From IMG/VR virus record IMGVR_UViG_3300037047_000246: a stretch of DNA of 64,000 bases; one strand, written 5' to 3'. The stretch comes from a virus. Lineage: Duplodnaviria; Caudoviricetes. This document shows positions 51,493 to 60,513 of the stretch, piece by piece. The notes beneath the pieces are model-generated. The model did no database searches. It saw only the letters and a list, made by a program, of their open reading frames with translations, and had not been told where the DNA came from. Positions within the stretch are counted from its first letter, which is position 1; every line of letters begins with the position of its first letter. The translations under genes were made by a program, and so were the position numbers.

Positions 51493-51515
51493 CCCGCTGG
51501 CATGCCATCGACGTT

Positions 51516-51782
51516 TTGTCGGCAGGCTGTGCGATGCCTGCAAATCGCAAGTCTTCCGTGGCCAAGCGGAGCCCCGGCCCCATCGGGCGCTACCTTGACT
51601 TGATCAGGCGCCGCAAGGTGCGCTCCTTGCTGGTGCTGTGCAGGTTGAGAAAACACATCTCCGCAGCAGAGTTCAGCTCCGCGTGCAAGGAGGAGCTGGA
51701 GTGCGCGTTCGCCCTGGCTGCCACCTTCTTTGCTCTCGGATTGGTTGCGGGAGCAGCGGCTGCGCTGCTCGCCTGGCGGTGA
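51516..51782 (+). CDS. Hypothetical protein with C-terminal hydrophobic helix
   Basis: FALAATFFALGLVAGAAAALLAWR. Confidence 0.45.
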   Translation: MSAGCAMPANRKSSVAKRSPGPIGRYLDLIRRRKVRSLLVLCRLRKHISAAEFSSACKEELECAFALAATFFALGLVAGAAAALLAWR

Positions 51783-51806
51783 ACGTCCTGGAAAGTCCTG
51801 CCCGGA

Positions 51807-52406
51807 TCAGTCGCTTATTGTGACCCTCAGCAGCTGGCCGCCTACAAGCGGCACTTGGATTCCGTCTTTGATCTGCATGAACGTCTTCTTGACGTCCATC
51901 TTGACGTCCAGGGCGTCCAGCACGCCTTTCACCTGCGTCCAGCTGATGGACGCCGTGCGGCTCGCTCCACCCGCGGATGCGATCCGGTCAGAGCTCTTCT
52001 TTATAGCTCTCAGCACATCTGCCGGAGACTCGAACAACCCCATGTCCCTGTCCATCGAGCCGCCAAGTTGGGTGACGTCGTACCCCTCCTTGTACCGGCT
52101 TATGCCGAACATGGCATGTGCGCCGCTCGGTGTGACTCTGAGAATGTTGAACACCCCGTGGTTCAAATTCGGCAGATATACGCTCAGAAGCTCCTTCTCA
52201 GGCACTTCAGTCGCCTTTTCCGGGCTCCAGATGTCGCTGACCAATTTCCAGCTGCCGGCGGCAGGTGCGCTGGGGTCTTTGCCGGTGCCGTTGCAGCGCA
52301 GGCAGTCCTCCAGCGTTCTTGCATCAAACCCGCTGCCTCTGCACTGACTGCACTGCTCCGGACCGCGCACGGCGGCTACTCTTGCGGCGATGGCGAAGAC
52401 GTTCAT
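51807..52406 (-). CDS. Hypothetical protein with DnaJ-type CxxCxGxG zinc finger and N-terminal IAARVA
   Basis: CSQCRGSG...CLRCNGTG. Confidence 0.7.
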   Translation of the reverse strand: MNVFAIAARVAAVRGPEQCSQCRGSGFDARTLEDCLRCNGTGKDPSAPAAGSWKLVSDIWSPEKATEVPEKELLSVYLPNLNHGVFNILRVTPSGAHAMFGISRYKEGYDVTQLGGSMDRDMGLFESPADVLRAIKKSSDRIASAGGASRTASISWTQVKGVLDALDVKMDVKKTFMQIKDGIQVPLVGGQLLRVTISD

Positions 52407-52412
52407 GACCGA

Positions 52413-52438
52413 GTCTGCCGATTAAAAATTCGGCAGAC
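52413..52438. promoter_or_regulatory. 9-bp inverted repeat in a divergent intergenic region
   Basis: GTCTGCCGA-TTAAAAAT-TCGGCAGAC. Confidence 0.45.
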
Positions 52439-52508
52439 GAATTGGCGCTAAGTTTTGCCGGGGCTACGTTCGGTATGGTTCGTACTGAAACCCATACTGG
52501 AGACCCAC

Positions 52509-54863
52509 ATGGCGCCCATAAGTTACAAAATCGCAGAAAATCTGTACCTCGTCGAGCAGGTAGTTTGCAACAAAGCCCCTCAGGCAAAGCCAGCAGACGT
52601 TCCGACCAATCACATCGTCGTCATCGACTGCTCCGGGAGCATGTCCGGGGACTTGCCCAAGATCAGGGAGCAGCTCAAGCGCAAGATGCCCAAGCTGCTT
52701 GGCGAAAAGGACACACTGTCTGTGGTCTGGTTCTCCGGCCGAGGTCAGTTCGGCACTCTGCTGGAGGCCGAGCCAGTTTCGACTCTTGCCGACCTGCAGC
52801 AGGTCAATCAAGCAATCGACAGGTGGCTGAGGCCTGTGTGTCTCACCGGCTTCAAAGAGCCCTTGGAAGAGGTATCCCGGCTTGTCGAGAGGATCGCTAA
52901 GAAGCACCCTGGCGCTTTCTCCATGTTCTTTATGTCCGATGGGTGCGACAACTGCTGGTCGCGCCAAGACATCATGCAAGCGGCGCAGCAGGCCGCCGGC
53001 GGTCTGGCTGCTGCCACCTTTGTCGAGTACGGATATTATGCGGACCGGCCGCTGCTGGCTGCCATGGCGGAGAAGTCTTCCGGCGCGCTGATATTTTCGG
53101 AGGATTTTGACCGGTACGCGCCGCAGTTCGAGTCGGCCATGCAGAAGCGCCCGATTGGTGCCAAGCGCATCGAGGTGGCGGTGGCCGGAAATCCTGTCGG
53201 AGGGTTTGCGTTCGCTTTGTCTGGCGCAGACCTTCTCACTTTCGCAGTCGAAGACGGCAAAGCGTCGGTGCCCGAGGGCACGAGCACTGTCGCGTACCTG
53301 TCCTCCTCCGGTGTCGGAGTGGTGGCCAAGGACCAGCTGACCATGTCGGCGAAGGATGCCGCCCGTGGCGACAAAGGCGACGGCACGCTGGCACTAGCTT
53401 ACGCGGCCGCGTCGCTTTATGCTGTGCGCATGCGTGCCGACGTGGTGCTCCCAGTGCTCAAGAGCTTGGGCGACGTCGCATTCATCGAGCAGTTCGCCAA
53501 CTGCTTCGGTCGCCAAAAGTATTCGGAGTTCACGGATGCGACCAAAGCGGCGGCGGCGGAAAAAGATCGGCGCTGGACTCTGGGTTACGATCCGGACCGC
53601 GTGCCGCCGGAAAATGCCTTCACGGTGCTTGATCTGCTGCAGATGCTGCAGTCGGACGAGGGCAACCGGGTGCTGATGGAGCATCCGAGCTTCAAGTACA
53701 GCGCCATCGGCCGAGGCCGCATCGACGCCTCCGAGCAGCTGACGCCTGAAGAGCAAGCCGAGGTGGAGCGGCTCACCGCGCAAATCGCTGCAGCTGGCAA
53801 GAACACCAAAAAGGTGGCGGAGCTCACAGCCAGGATAGCATCTATTGCTGCCAACAAGCCGAAGGCTTTGGAGTTTGAGGCCGATCCGGCTCCGGACGGT
53901 TACCCTATTTCGAGTCTGACGTTCAACGAGGACCGACCCAACGTCTCCATTCTGGTTAGAAAGCCTGGGACTGTGGATTTGTCGAGTCGCGTGGCTGAAG
54001 AGCTGGACGGGCAGTTCCCGGGCCATTTCCCAACGTTTATCTGGCGCAACTACGCCATCATCAAAGACGGCTTGGTGAACGTCGACGAGCTGCCAGTGCG
54101 CGTGACGTACAGCACCGAAAAAATTTTGCAACAGTACGAGTCCGATGGCACTCTGCCGCGCGCCGCTTTCGACGACATCGGTTGCGGCGTAGTTGTGTTC
54201 CACCTGCGCAAGCTGCCGGTCGTCAACCGCCAGATGGTGCGATCGGTGTCGGCGGCAAAGTTTTTTGCCACAAAGTACGAGCTCGTCCAGGCCCAGGCTG
54301 CCCAAAAGGTGTTCAACGGCTTCACCAAGGAGCTGCTGCTTGCCAAGAAGGCAGAAGGCATCGCAGCGCAGTACGGAGACGAGGCCGCCGCTTGGCTCAA
54401 GGAGCAGGGCATCAGCGACGGCGGATTCTCGCCCAAGACGGTGCAGGCAGAAGCGACTGACTTTTATATGGGCAAATGCCTGAAGGTGTCTCTCAAAGGC
54501 TTGTCTAGCTTGCCTTCGCTCAAGGACCTGCGCGAGCAAATCAAGAAGGGCAAACTCAACGCGGCCGGCAAGCTCATGAAGCCGCATTTCGACCGGGTTG
54601 AGGCTTTCTTGGCCAGCGACATCTCCCAGTCAGCAAACAGGGACGCGGTGCTCGAAACGTGGCTTGAAGTGCAGGCCAACGCAGCCCGGGACAGGGCCCG
54701 GGGTCTGATCTACCAGATCGCGCAGACCACGTTCTGCTTGGTGGTGGGGCAAGTCTGGTTTTCAGAATTCTCGTCGCTCGACGAGAACTCCATGGCCATC
54801 GACACCGATGAAGGGCGCGTCGAATGCAAGGCGGAGCTTTTGGAAACGCGCATCAAGTTGTGA
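52509..54863 (+). CDS. von Willebrand factor A (VWA) domain protein
   Basis: MIDAS IVVIDCSGSM; FFMSDG; ATFVEYGYY. Confidence 0.8.
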   Translation: MAPISYKIAENLYLVEQVVCNKAPQAKPADVPTNHIVVIDCSGSMSGDLPKIREQLKRKMPKLLGEKDTLSVVWFSGRGQFGTLLEAEPVSTLADLQQVNQAIDRWLRPVCLTGFKEPLEEVSRLVERIAKKHPGAFSMFFMSDGCDNCWSRQDIMQAAQQAAGGLAAATFVEYGYYADRPLLAAMAEKSSGALIFSEDFDRYAPQFESAMQKRPIGAKRIEVAVAGNPVGGFAFALSGADLLTFAVEDGKASVPEGTSTVAYLSSSGVGVVAKDQLTMSAKDAARGDKGDGTLALAYAAASLYAVRMRADVVLPVLKSLGDVAFIEQFANCFGRQKYSEFTDATKAAAAEKDRRWTLGYDPDRVPPENAFTVLDLLQMLQSDEGNRVLMEHPSFKYSAIGRGRIDASEQLTPEEQAEVERLTAQIAAAGKNTKKVAELTARIASIAANKPKALEFEADPAPDGYPISSLTFNEDRPNVSILVRKPGTVDLSSRVAEELDGQFPGHFPTFIWRNYAIIKDGLVNVDELPVRVTYSTEKILQQYESDGTLPRAAFDDIGCGVVVFHLRKLPVVNRQMVRSVSAAKFFATKYELVQAQAAQKVFNGFTKELLLAKKAEGIAAQYGDEAAAWLKEQGISDGGFSPKTVQAEATDFYMGKCLKVSLKGLSSLPSLKDLREQIKKGKLNAAGKLMKPHFDRVEAFLASDISQSANRDAVLETWLEVQANAARDRARGLIYQIAQTTFCLVVGQVWFSEFSSLDENSMAIDTDEGRVECKAELLETRIKL

Positions 54864-55123
54864 TGCAACTTGTAGTGCCTCACCACATAGAGTTTCAACA
54901 GCATCCGGACGTGCTTGACATTCGCGTAATCAGGTACAGAGTTTTGTGCCGCAGGTGCGGATGCTGTTGTGAAGCTTCCCTGGACACATATTCGTACCTC
55001 AGCACTGGTGCGGGCGACAACAGGATACTGAGGCAGCTCATGCAGGAGTGGGAGATCGCGTTCCCCGCAGATTGCGACGAAGCTGCCTCTCTGAACCTAA
55101 TCAGGTCTGTGCAAGAAACCTAA
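54863..55123 (+). CDS. Small Zn-finger-like protein ending CDEAASLNLIRSVQET
   Basis: TGATG coupling; CRRCG; paralog of the next gene. Confidence 0.6.
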   Translation: MQLVVPHHIEFQQHPDVLDIRVIRYRVLCRRCGCCCEASLDTYSYLSTGAGDNRILRQLMQEWEIAFPADCDEAASLNLIRSVQET

Positions 55124-55137
55124 GGGTCCGGCCAAGC

Positions 55138-55398
55138 ATGACTGCTCACCAAGTCCAGTTCCACGCCTCGTCGGATGTTGCGACGAGCTTGCGGATGGGA
55201 TATGCTCTGCGGTGCCGCAGATGCGGCTCCAACGTCGCGGCATGGCTCGACATGAGGCATTTCAGGAACGTTCTCGGCACCAAAAGTCTCGAAGAGCGGA
55301 TGCACGTCAAGCTCGAGCTGGAGTGGACGCACCAAGTGCCTCATGACTGCGACGAAGCCATGGCGATCAACACGGTGCGCATGGTGCAAGAGTCGTGA
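55138..55398 (+). CDS. Small Zn-finger-like protein ending CDEAMAINTVRMVQES
   Basis: CRRCG...W..Q.PHDCDEA. Confidence 0.6.
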   Translation: MTAHQVQFHASSDVATSLRMGYALRCRRCGSNVAAWLDMRHFRNVLGTKSLEERMHVKLELEWTHQVPHDCDEAMAINTVRMVQES

Positions 55399-55441
55399 GT
55401 CTCGCGCATTTTGTGGTTCGAATTCCGGCGCTTGGGCTACC

Positions 55442-55470
55442 TTGACTCGACCCGGACGAAGTGTTATTTT
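55442..55470 (+). promoter_or_regulatory. Putative sigma70 promoter
   Basis: TTGACT-17 nt-TATTTT with an extended TG. Confidence 0.5.
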
Positions 55471-55587
55471 TGAATTATGCACTCGCTTAGATCTGACTGG
55501 AACTGCCACTTGTAACTACCTCGCGGTCCCCCGTCGCCGTCGCTGCTACCAACACCAGAGCAAGTGACGATTGAGACGGAGGACATC

Positions 55588-55953
55588 ATGAAGCAGTCAG
55601 TTGTAAGCATCAAGCATTGGATTAAGGCCAGCATGGCCGAATCGCTCGAGATCCGCAAGCAGATACGCGCATCTGAGGGCGACGAACGCTCCCGCCTCTG
55701 GGGATGTAAGCGCAGCCTTGGTGACGACACTCGCCATATGCTGCTTGCCTACGCGTTTCTGCGCGGCAGGCTGTACTCGGCGACAGAGTGGAAGTGCGCC
55801 CCCAATAACAAACCCCGCCCCTCCTTCGTGCAGCATTTCCTTGAGGTCTCTTTGCCCAAGGGAGAGCCTTTGCCGGCCGAGTGGGATAAAGATAGCATCA
55901 AGGCGTGGCTGGCCCGCCCGATGGCCTCCGAGGCCAAGGAGCAGGCAGCATGA
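55588..55953 (+). CDS. Hypothetical protein
   Basis: GGAGG RBS; RHMLLAYAFLRGR. Confidence 0.7.
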   Translation: MKQSVVSIKHWIKASMAESLEIRKQIRASEGDERSRLWGCKRSLGDDTRHMLLAYAFLRGRLYSATEWKCAPNNKPRPSFVQHFLEVSLPKGEPLPAEWDKDSIKAWLARPMASEAKEQAA

Positions 55954-56396
55954 GGACGATTGTCAAGACCGAGCTTGTGCCAGCCGAGGAGGTCACTTAC
56001 ACGACGTACGGCTGCGACCTGTGCGACTTCACGTCGGACGATGAAGACAACATCAAGCTGCACCACGGCAAGGAGCATGCGTGCAAGCGCAAGATGGAAG
56101 TGGACGGTGTCGAACTGTATTGGTTCGACACGGAGGAGGATGCCCAGACCTGGATCGAGCAGGATGAGTACGGCGCCGATGAGCGCAAGGTGCGTTGGTC
56201 TGACCCCGGATGGTACACCGCCTCGTGGTCGACCGGGCCGTGCAGGCGCGGCTGCTGTACGCGAAGCTGCCGATCGCTCGAATCTGTGGGCTCCTACCTG
56301 TCTGAACTGGAGTACGCGGCCGAGCAGGCCGAACAGCAGGCTGACAAGAAGCGCCGCCTGGCTCAGGCGATTCGCCAGGAGGTTGGCGATGGCTGA
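55950..56396 (+). CDS. Hypothetical protein with C2H2-like finger
   Basis: CDLCDF...HHGKEH; ATGA coupling. Confidence 0.65.
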   Translation: MRTIVKTELVPAEEVTYTTYGCDLCDFTSDDEDNIKLHHGKEHACKRKMEVDGVELYWFDTEEDAQTWIEQDEYGADERKVRWSDPGWYTASWSTGPCRRGCCTRSCRSLESVGSYLSELEYAAEQAEQQADKKRRLAQAIRQEVGDG

Positions 56397-56715
56397 GAAG
56401 CTCTTTCTGGTCACTCGCGCAGATCTGCGGCCGGGTCAGCAGGCGGTTCAGGCTGCCCACGCAGCACACCAGTTTTGTGTCGATTTCCCAACTGAGTTCG
56501 CGGCCTGGTTTGAACGTTCCAACACTTTGGCAATGCTCACTGTGCCCGACGAACAGGCGCTGCGGCAGTTGGCTGACCTGGCAGATGACTGGGACTTGAA
56601 GTTGTCGATGTTTCGCGAGCCTGACCTTGGCAACGCTTTGACTGCTTTGGCGCTCGAGCCAGGTTCAGGCACCAGAAGGCTGTGCCGCAATCTGCCGCTA
56701 GCTCTCGGCGGCTGA
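56389..56715 (+). CDS. Peptidyl-tRNA hydrolase PTH2-like protein
   Basis: LVTRADL..GQQAVQAAHA; FREPDLGNALTALAL; LPL. Confidence 0.8.
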   Translation: MAEKLFLVTRADLRPGQQAVQAAHAAHQFCVDFPTEFAAWFERSNTLAMLTVPDEQALRQLADLADDWDLKLSMFREPDLGNALTALALEPGSGTRRLCRNLPLALGG

Positions 56716-56788
56716 CTACCTCGGAAATTTAGCTGCCTGGAGCGTAGCGGCGGCCAGTGGAAGCCATCCGCGCGAAAGGTATCAAGAA

Positions 56789-57022
56789 GTGACATTCCCG
56801 GTGACCGAATCAGACCTGTGGAGCGTATACCCACGGGCGACCCACTGCTGGAGGCTCGTATCCACTGACGCGGACCGGGTCGAAGTGTACGAATGCGATC
56901 GGTGCTCGGCCAGGAAGTTCATCTACAACGACGTGAACGTTCAAGTGTATGACGCGGCTGGCCGAGAAGCGTCCATGGTCGAGTGCGAATACTACGGGAT
57001 AGCGAACGTTATGGAAGAGTGA
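56789..57022 (+). CDS. Small Zn-finger-like protein ending CEYYGIANVMEE
   Basis: HCW...CDRC; shares the C-terminal tag. Confidence 0.55.
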   Translation: MTFPVTESDLWSVYPRATHCWRLVSTDADRVEVYECDRCSARKFIYNDVNVQVYDAAGREASMVECEYYGIANVMEE

Positions 57023-57069
57023 CTCTCGGCGCATTTGTCGCGCAGTTTGCGAACAAGGATAGCACACAA

Positions 57070-57159
57070 GCCCTCGTAGCCCAGCGGTCGAAGGCAGGCG
57101 GCTTTAAACCGTCCACGAGCGAGAGCTCGTCACCGGGGGTTCGACTCCCTCCGAGGGCA
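57070..57159 (+). tRNA. tRNA with UUA anticodon (ochre suppressor), long variable arm, Tyr-like
   Basis: Acceptor GCCCTCG/CGAGGGC with discriminator A; anticodon stem GGCGG/CCGTC, loop CT-TTA-AA; variable stem ACGAGC-GAGA-GCTCGT; T arm GGGGG-TTCGACT-CCCTC; CCA not encoded. Confidence 0.9.
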
Positions 57160-57160
57160 C

Positions 57161-57721
57161 TTACTGCGATCGTGACAGCTTGGCAGCTATTTTTTCGAGC
57201 TGAAGCTGGAAATTTTGCAAAACAAACGGCAGCGCTATGGAAACCCTGCCGTCTCCACGGTCCGCGCCGTATATTGTCAGATCGAACGCTCCCCAAGACA
57301 CTGGCGCAGGCAGCGGTCCTGCCGTTTTGGCACCAGGCATGTACGACAGCGTCACGTGCGGCTTGAACTCAGGCCATTTGGCGCTGTACGACACTCCTGA
57401 GAGGTCGAGCTCCTCTTTCAGGTCTCGCTCCAACTGCATGAGCTCAGGGGACTGCACCGGCAGGATAACTGGGGTGCCGTGGTGGCCCGGGTCGAACGAA
57501 GCCACTTCGCTGCATGTTAGCGTGAACGGCGACGTTCGGCGCGTGACCTTGTGGCAAGCCACCATTGCAGCCGCAAGCTGCTCCATCGATGCTCCGTCGC
57601 CGAGGTACACCACAGTCACGTGCATTTCAGACGCTGCTTGAACGTCGCCCGGCAGCGCGCCTGACATTTGCGCCAGAAGTCTGCCGACTTCCTGCGGGAC
57701 TCGCAGAGCTATCATGGCCAT
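57161..57721 (-). CDS. 2H phosphoesterase (LigT / 2'-5' RNA ligase / Acb1-like fold)
   Basis: Two HxT motifs, MHVTV and PHVTL. Confidence 0.85.
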   Translation of the reverse strand: MAMIALRVPQEVGRLLAQMSGALPGDVQAASEMHVTVVYLGDGASMEQLAAAMVACHKVTRRTSPFTLTCSEVASFDPGHHGTPVILPVQSPELMQLERDLKEELDLSGVSYSAKWPEFKPHVTLSYMPGAKTAGPLPAPVSWGAFDLTIYGADRGDGRVSIALPFVLQNFQLQLEKIAAKLSRSQ

Positions 57722-57753
57722 AAGGCCTGCAATCGACAAAACGTTTATCGAGC

Positions 57754-58650
57754 ATGCAGCGTGTGAACGATTTGTATTTGGGCCGCAACGCGCTTGGGCA
57801 CGCCGCATATGCCGGGCGCAATTTCGCTGTCGGAGACCTCGTGGCGCAGTTCTCTGGCGACATCTGCTCAGCTGAGGATCTGCCGGAAATATCGTCCCCG
57901 GAGGACGACAGGTACATGCAGGTGGGCAGAAGCGTCTACATGGGCCCTTCTGGCTGGTTCGACGATTACTGCAACCACTCGTGCGATCCGAACGCCGGCG
58001 TGGCGGACGTCGACGGGTCCATGTGGCTGATTGCCATTCGGCCGATTGAGGCCGGAGATGAAATCGTGTGGGACTACTCCACCACGATGGACGAAGACGA
58101 CTGGGAGATGGATTGCCGGTGCGGCAGCCCTGCGTGCAGAGGCCGAATCCGAGACTTCAAGCACCTGGAGCTCGGCTTGCAGCTCAAGTACGTCAGCCTA
58201 GGCATAGTGCCGGACTTTGTCCTGCAATCAGTGTCGCCTGACCTGCTGTCCTCGGCTCTCCGGTTCATGTCCGGGCAAGAGCCGGACGCGCCTTTGCTGG
58301 AGAAGCTTGCGCTGTCCATAGACGGCCCAAGCAAAAAGAAAAGCAAGGGCAAAGGGGGCAAGTCGCCTCCGACTGTGACTCTGCTCGACGTTGAAATGAC
58401 CGAGGACGGCGGCGTCAAACAGAGCTGGGGCGTGTACGCTGAGGGGCAGAAAGTTGGCGTACACTCGGTGACCGACGCCGAGGGGGACACGAAGATACTG
58501 GGCAACGATCTGGACCTTGGCGAAGGCGGATTGACCGCGCAGCAAGCAGTTGCCCACATCCTGCAGGGTGCCCATCCGAGGTACTATCCGAAGCCTGGGA
58601 AAACTGTGGTGCTGGACAGCGCATTCGTGCACAGCGCCTCTCGGAGCTGA
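57754..58650 (+). CDS. SET-domain protein lysine methyltransferase fused to an unknown C-terminal domain (possible start GTG 57763)
   Basis: YCNHSCDPN; AIRPIEAGDEIVWDY; post-SET CRCGSPACRG. Confidence 0.88.
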   Translation: MQRVNDLYLGRNALGHAAYAGRNFAVGDLVAQFSGDICSAEDLPEISSPEDDRYMQVGRSVYMGPSGWFDDYCNHSCDPNAGVADVDGSMWLIAIRPIEAGDEIVWDYSTTMDEDDWEMDCRCGSPACRGRIRDFKHLELGLQLKYVSLGIVPDFVLQSVSPDLLSSALRFMSGQEPDAPLLEKLALSIDGPSKKKSKGKGGKSPPTVTLLDVEMTEDGGVKQSWGVYAEGQKVGVHSVTDAEGDTKILGNDLDLGEGGLTAQQAVAHILQGAHPRYYPKPGKTVVLDSAFVHSASRS

Positions 58651-58699
58651 GCCGGCGCGTGCGCTTCGCTGGACCTGGAGAACGTTTGAGAGGGGGGTT

Positions 58700-58927
58700 T
58701 TACTGCTTGGCCCAGCGGCCGCCGGCTGCCTTCTTGTAGACCCACCTGCCGCTGCATGCGCCGTCGACGTTGATGGAGTAGAACGCAACCTTGGTGTTGC
58801 CGGGCGACGAATCGTAGTTCTGGAGGCAGATGCGGCGGCCCGCGTTGTCCATATGGCCGGGGATCACTTGCGGTTCGCTCTTGCCGGCCACGATCACGGT
58901 GATCTTCTGCATGCTTTTCTTATTCAT
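58700..58927 (-). CDS. Hypothetical protein
   Basis: ATG at 58927 within ORF 58700-58978; purine-rich upstream sequence. Confidence 0.45.
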   Translation of the reverse strand: MNKKSMQKITVIVAGKSEPQVIPGHMDNAGRRICLQNYDSSPGNTKVAFYSINVDGACSGRWVYKKAAGGRWAKQ

Positions 58928-58992
58928 GATTTGCCTTCTTTGCCGTTGTGCCCCCATGCAGAACATTACAACTTGCATGGTCCGTCCGTGAC

Positions 58993-59409
58993 ATGGACAA
59001 CATGACTCGGCGACAGCGGTCCAGGCACATGTCTCAGATCAAGGTGTCTGGCACCAGACCTGAACGGGTGCTCAGGCAAATGCTGAAGCAGCTCACCGAG
59101 TCCAGGATGCTGTACAACGTGCGCGGCATGCCCGGCAAGCCAGACGTCGTGGTACCTGCCCTCAAGCTTGCCGTGTTTGTCGACGGATGCTTTTGGCACG
59201 GATGTCCGGAGCACGGCAAAATGCCTAAAAGCCACAAAGAGTACTGGGTGCCTAAAATAGTCGGCAACATGATAAGAGACGAGGACAACGTTGTGGAGTT
59301 GGAAGGCCTTGGATGGACCGTATGGAGGGTATGGGAGCACGACTTGCAGCCCGGCTCTGCATTCAACACCAAGCGCAGGTTGGCTCGCAGGTTGGCTCGA
59401 CTGATTTGA
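58993..59409 (+). CDS. vsr: Very short patch repair endonuclease
   Basis: QRSRHMSQIK...TRPE; LPGKPD-like MPGKPDVV; FVDGCFWHGC; YWVPKI..N..RD; GWTVWRVWE. Confidence 0.92.
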   Translation: MDNMTRRQRSRHMSQIKVSGTRPERVLRQMLKQLTESRMLYNVRGMPGKPDVVVPALKLAVFVDGCFWHGCPEHGKMPKSHKEYWVPKIVGNMIRDEDNVVELEGLGWTVWRVWEHDLQPGSAFNTKRRLARRLARLI

Positions 59410-59432
59410 ATTTTGATGCTGCTCGCTCGAAT

Positions 59433-60461
59433 ATGGATCTTGCTCAAAGAGTAGCTGCGCTGTACTGGGAGCTGAACAAAAAGACGTCGTGCGGAGACAG
59501 TTCTCTGGCCGAGTGCCCACAAGGCGCCGAGCCGGCCGACGTCGACCCCAGCAGCGCAGCCCAGCAGCTCAGAGACATTGCGGACCGGATCGACAACTCA
59601 TCGGCGCCATCGCTGATGCTAGTGACCGGGTCTTTGGCCAGGCTTGCTCGCCGCATCAGGCAAGCCGACGCCAACTCGCTCGCCAAGAGCATTCAAGAGC
59701 GCATCTGGCAGGAGCTGATCTCATTGATGCCTGACGGCACTTGGGACTTTTCGGTGGGCCGCGGCTCTTCGGGCGGCTTGTACGACACCAGCTGGTCCGG
59801 CAAGGGATGGAGAGACGGGTACGTGTCTTTTGGGGCCAAGCCCGCCGCATGGTCCAATGCAGCGCTCATAGGCGGCATTCTGTTCAGGTTCAGGTACCAG
59901 TCAGAAGGGGTCATTCCGGCGAAGGGCACTCCGGAGCACAGCCAGTGGCTGCAGAACCGGGATCTCGGCTTCGAGGGGAATGTGGCCGAGAACGGCGTGC
60001 TCAGCGGCGGATACTACAACCACCAGCCCGGCGGCACGGTCGACACGTTTTCTGCCGGGTCCTCTCCCTCCGGCAGCACAGGGCTGCCGAAGTTGCAAGA
60101 CACTTGGTTCGGCGACGCCGTGTTCGAAGTAGCCAGAGACGAGTCAGTTCTGAGCTGGAACTGGAGCGACCCCTCAGGCACCAGGCGAAGCATCCAAGAA
60201 GTGATAGACAGCATTGCTGCCCACCCTCCTGTCGGGGCGATGTCCAAGAATAAGCAGACTCTGCTGAAGATGAACCCCTACACCAGCGTGCGCAAGTTCG
60301 TCAACCAGTTGGTGAAAGAGCGCAGGAATCAGTTCTACACTGACGAGGCCGCGATGGTGGCTCAAGCCGAGGGCACGGTCGTCAATTCTGTCGTGGAGTC
60401 TCTGAAGAAGAAGGGCTTCGAGTACGTGGTCGGCAAGTCGCCACATCTCGCCAAAGTCTAG
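59433..60461 (+). CDS. Hypothetical protein with LAQRVA and LRDIADRIDNSSAPS motifs
   Basis: ORF 59313-60461; ATG at 59433. Confidence 0.65.
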   Translation: MDLAQRVAALYWELNKKTSCGDSSLAECPQGAEPADVDPSSAAQQLRDIADRIDNSSAPSLMLVTGSLARLARRIRQADANSLAKSIQERIWQELISLMPDGTWDFSVGRGSSGGLYDTSWSGKGWRDGYVSFGAKPAAWSNAALIGGILFRFRYQSEGVIPAKGTPEHSQWLQNRDLGFEGNVAENGVLSGGYYNHQPGGTVDTFSAGSSPSGSTGLPKLQDTWFGDAVFEVARDESVLSWNWSDPSGTRRSIQEVIDSIAAHPPVGAMSKNKQTLLKMNPYTSVRKFVNQLVKERRNQFYTDEAAMVAQAEGTVVNSVVESLKKKGFEYVVGKSPHLAKV

Positions 60462-60513
60462 CCCGGCGTGCGTGCGACTGGCAGGTCTTTGCCCGCAATG
60501 CTCGCGCCGCGCG

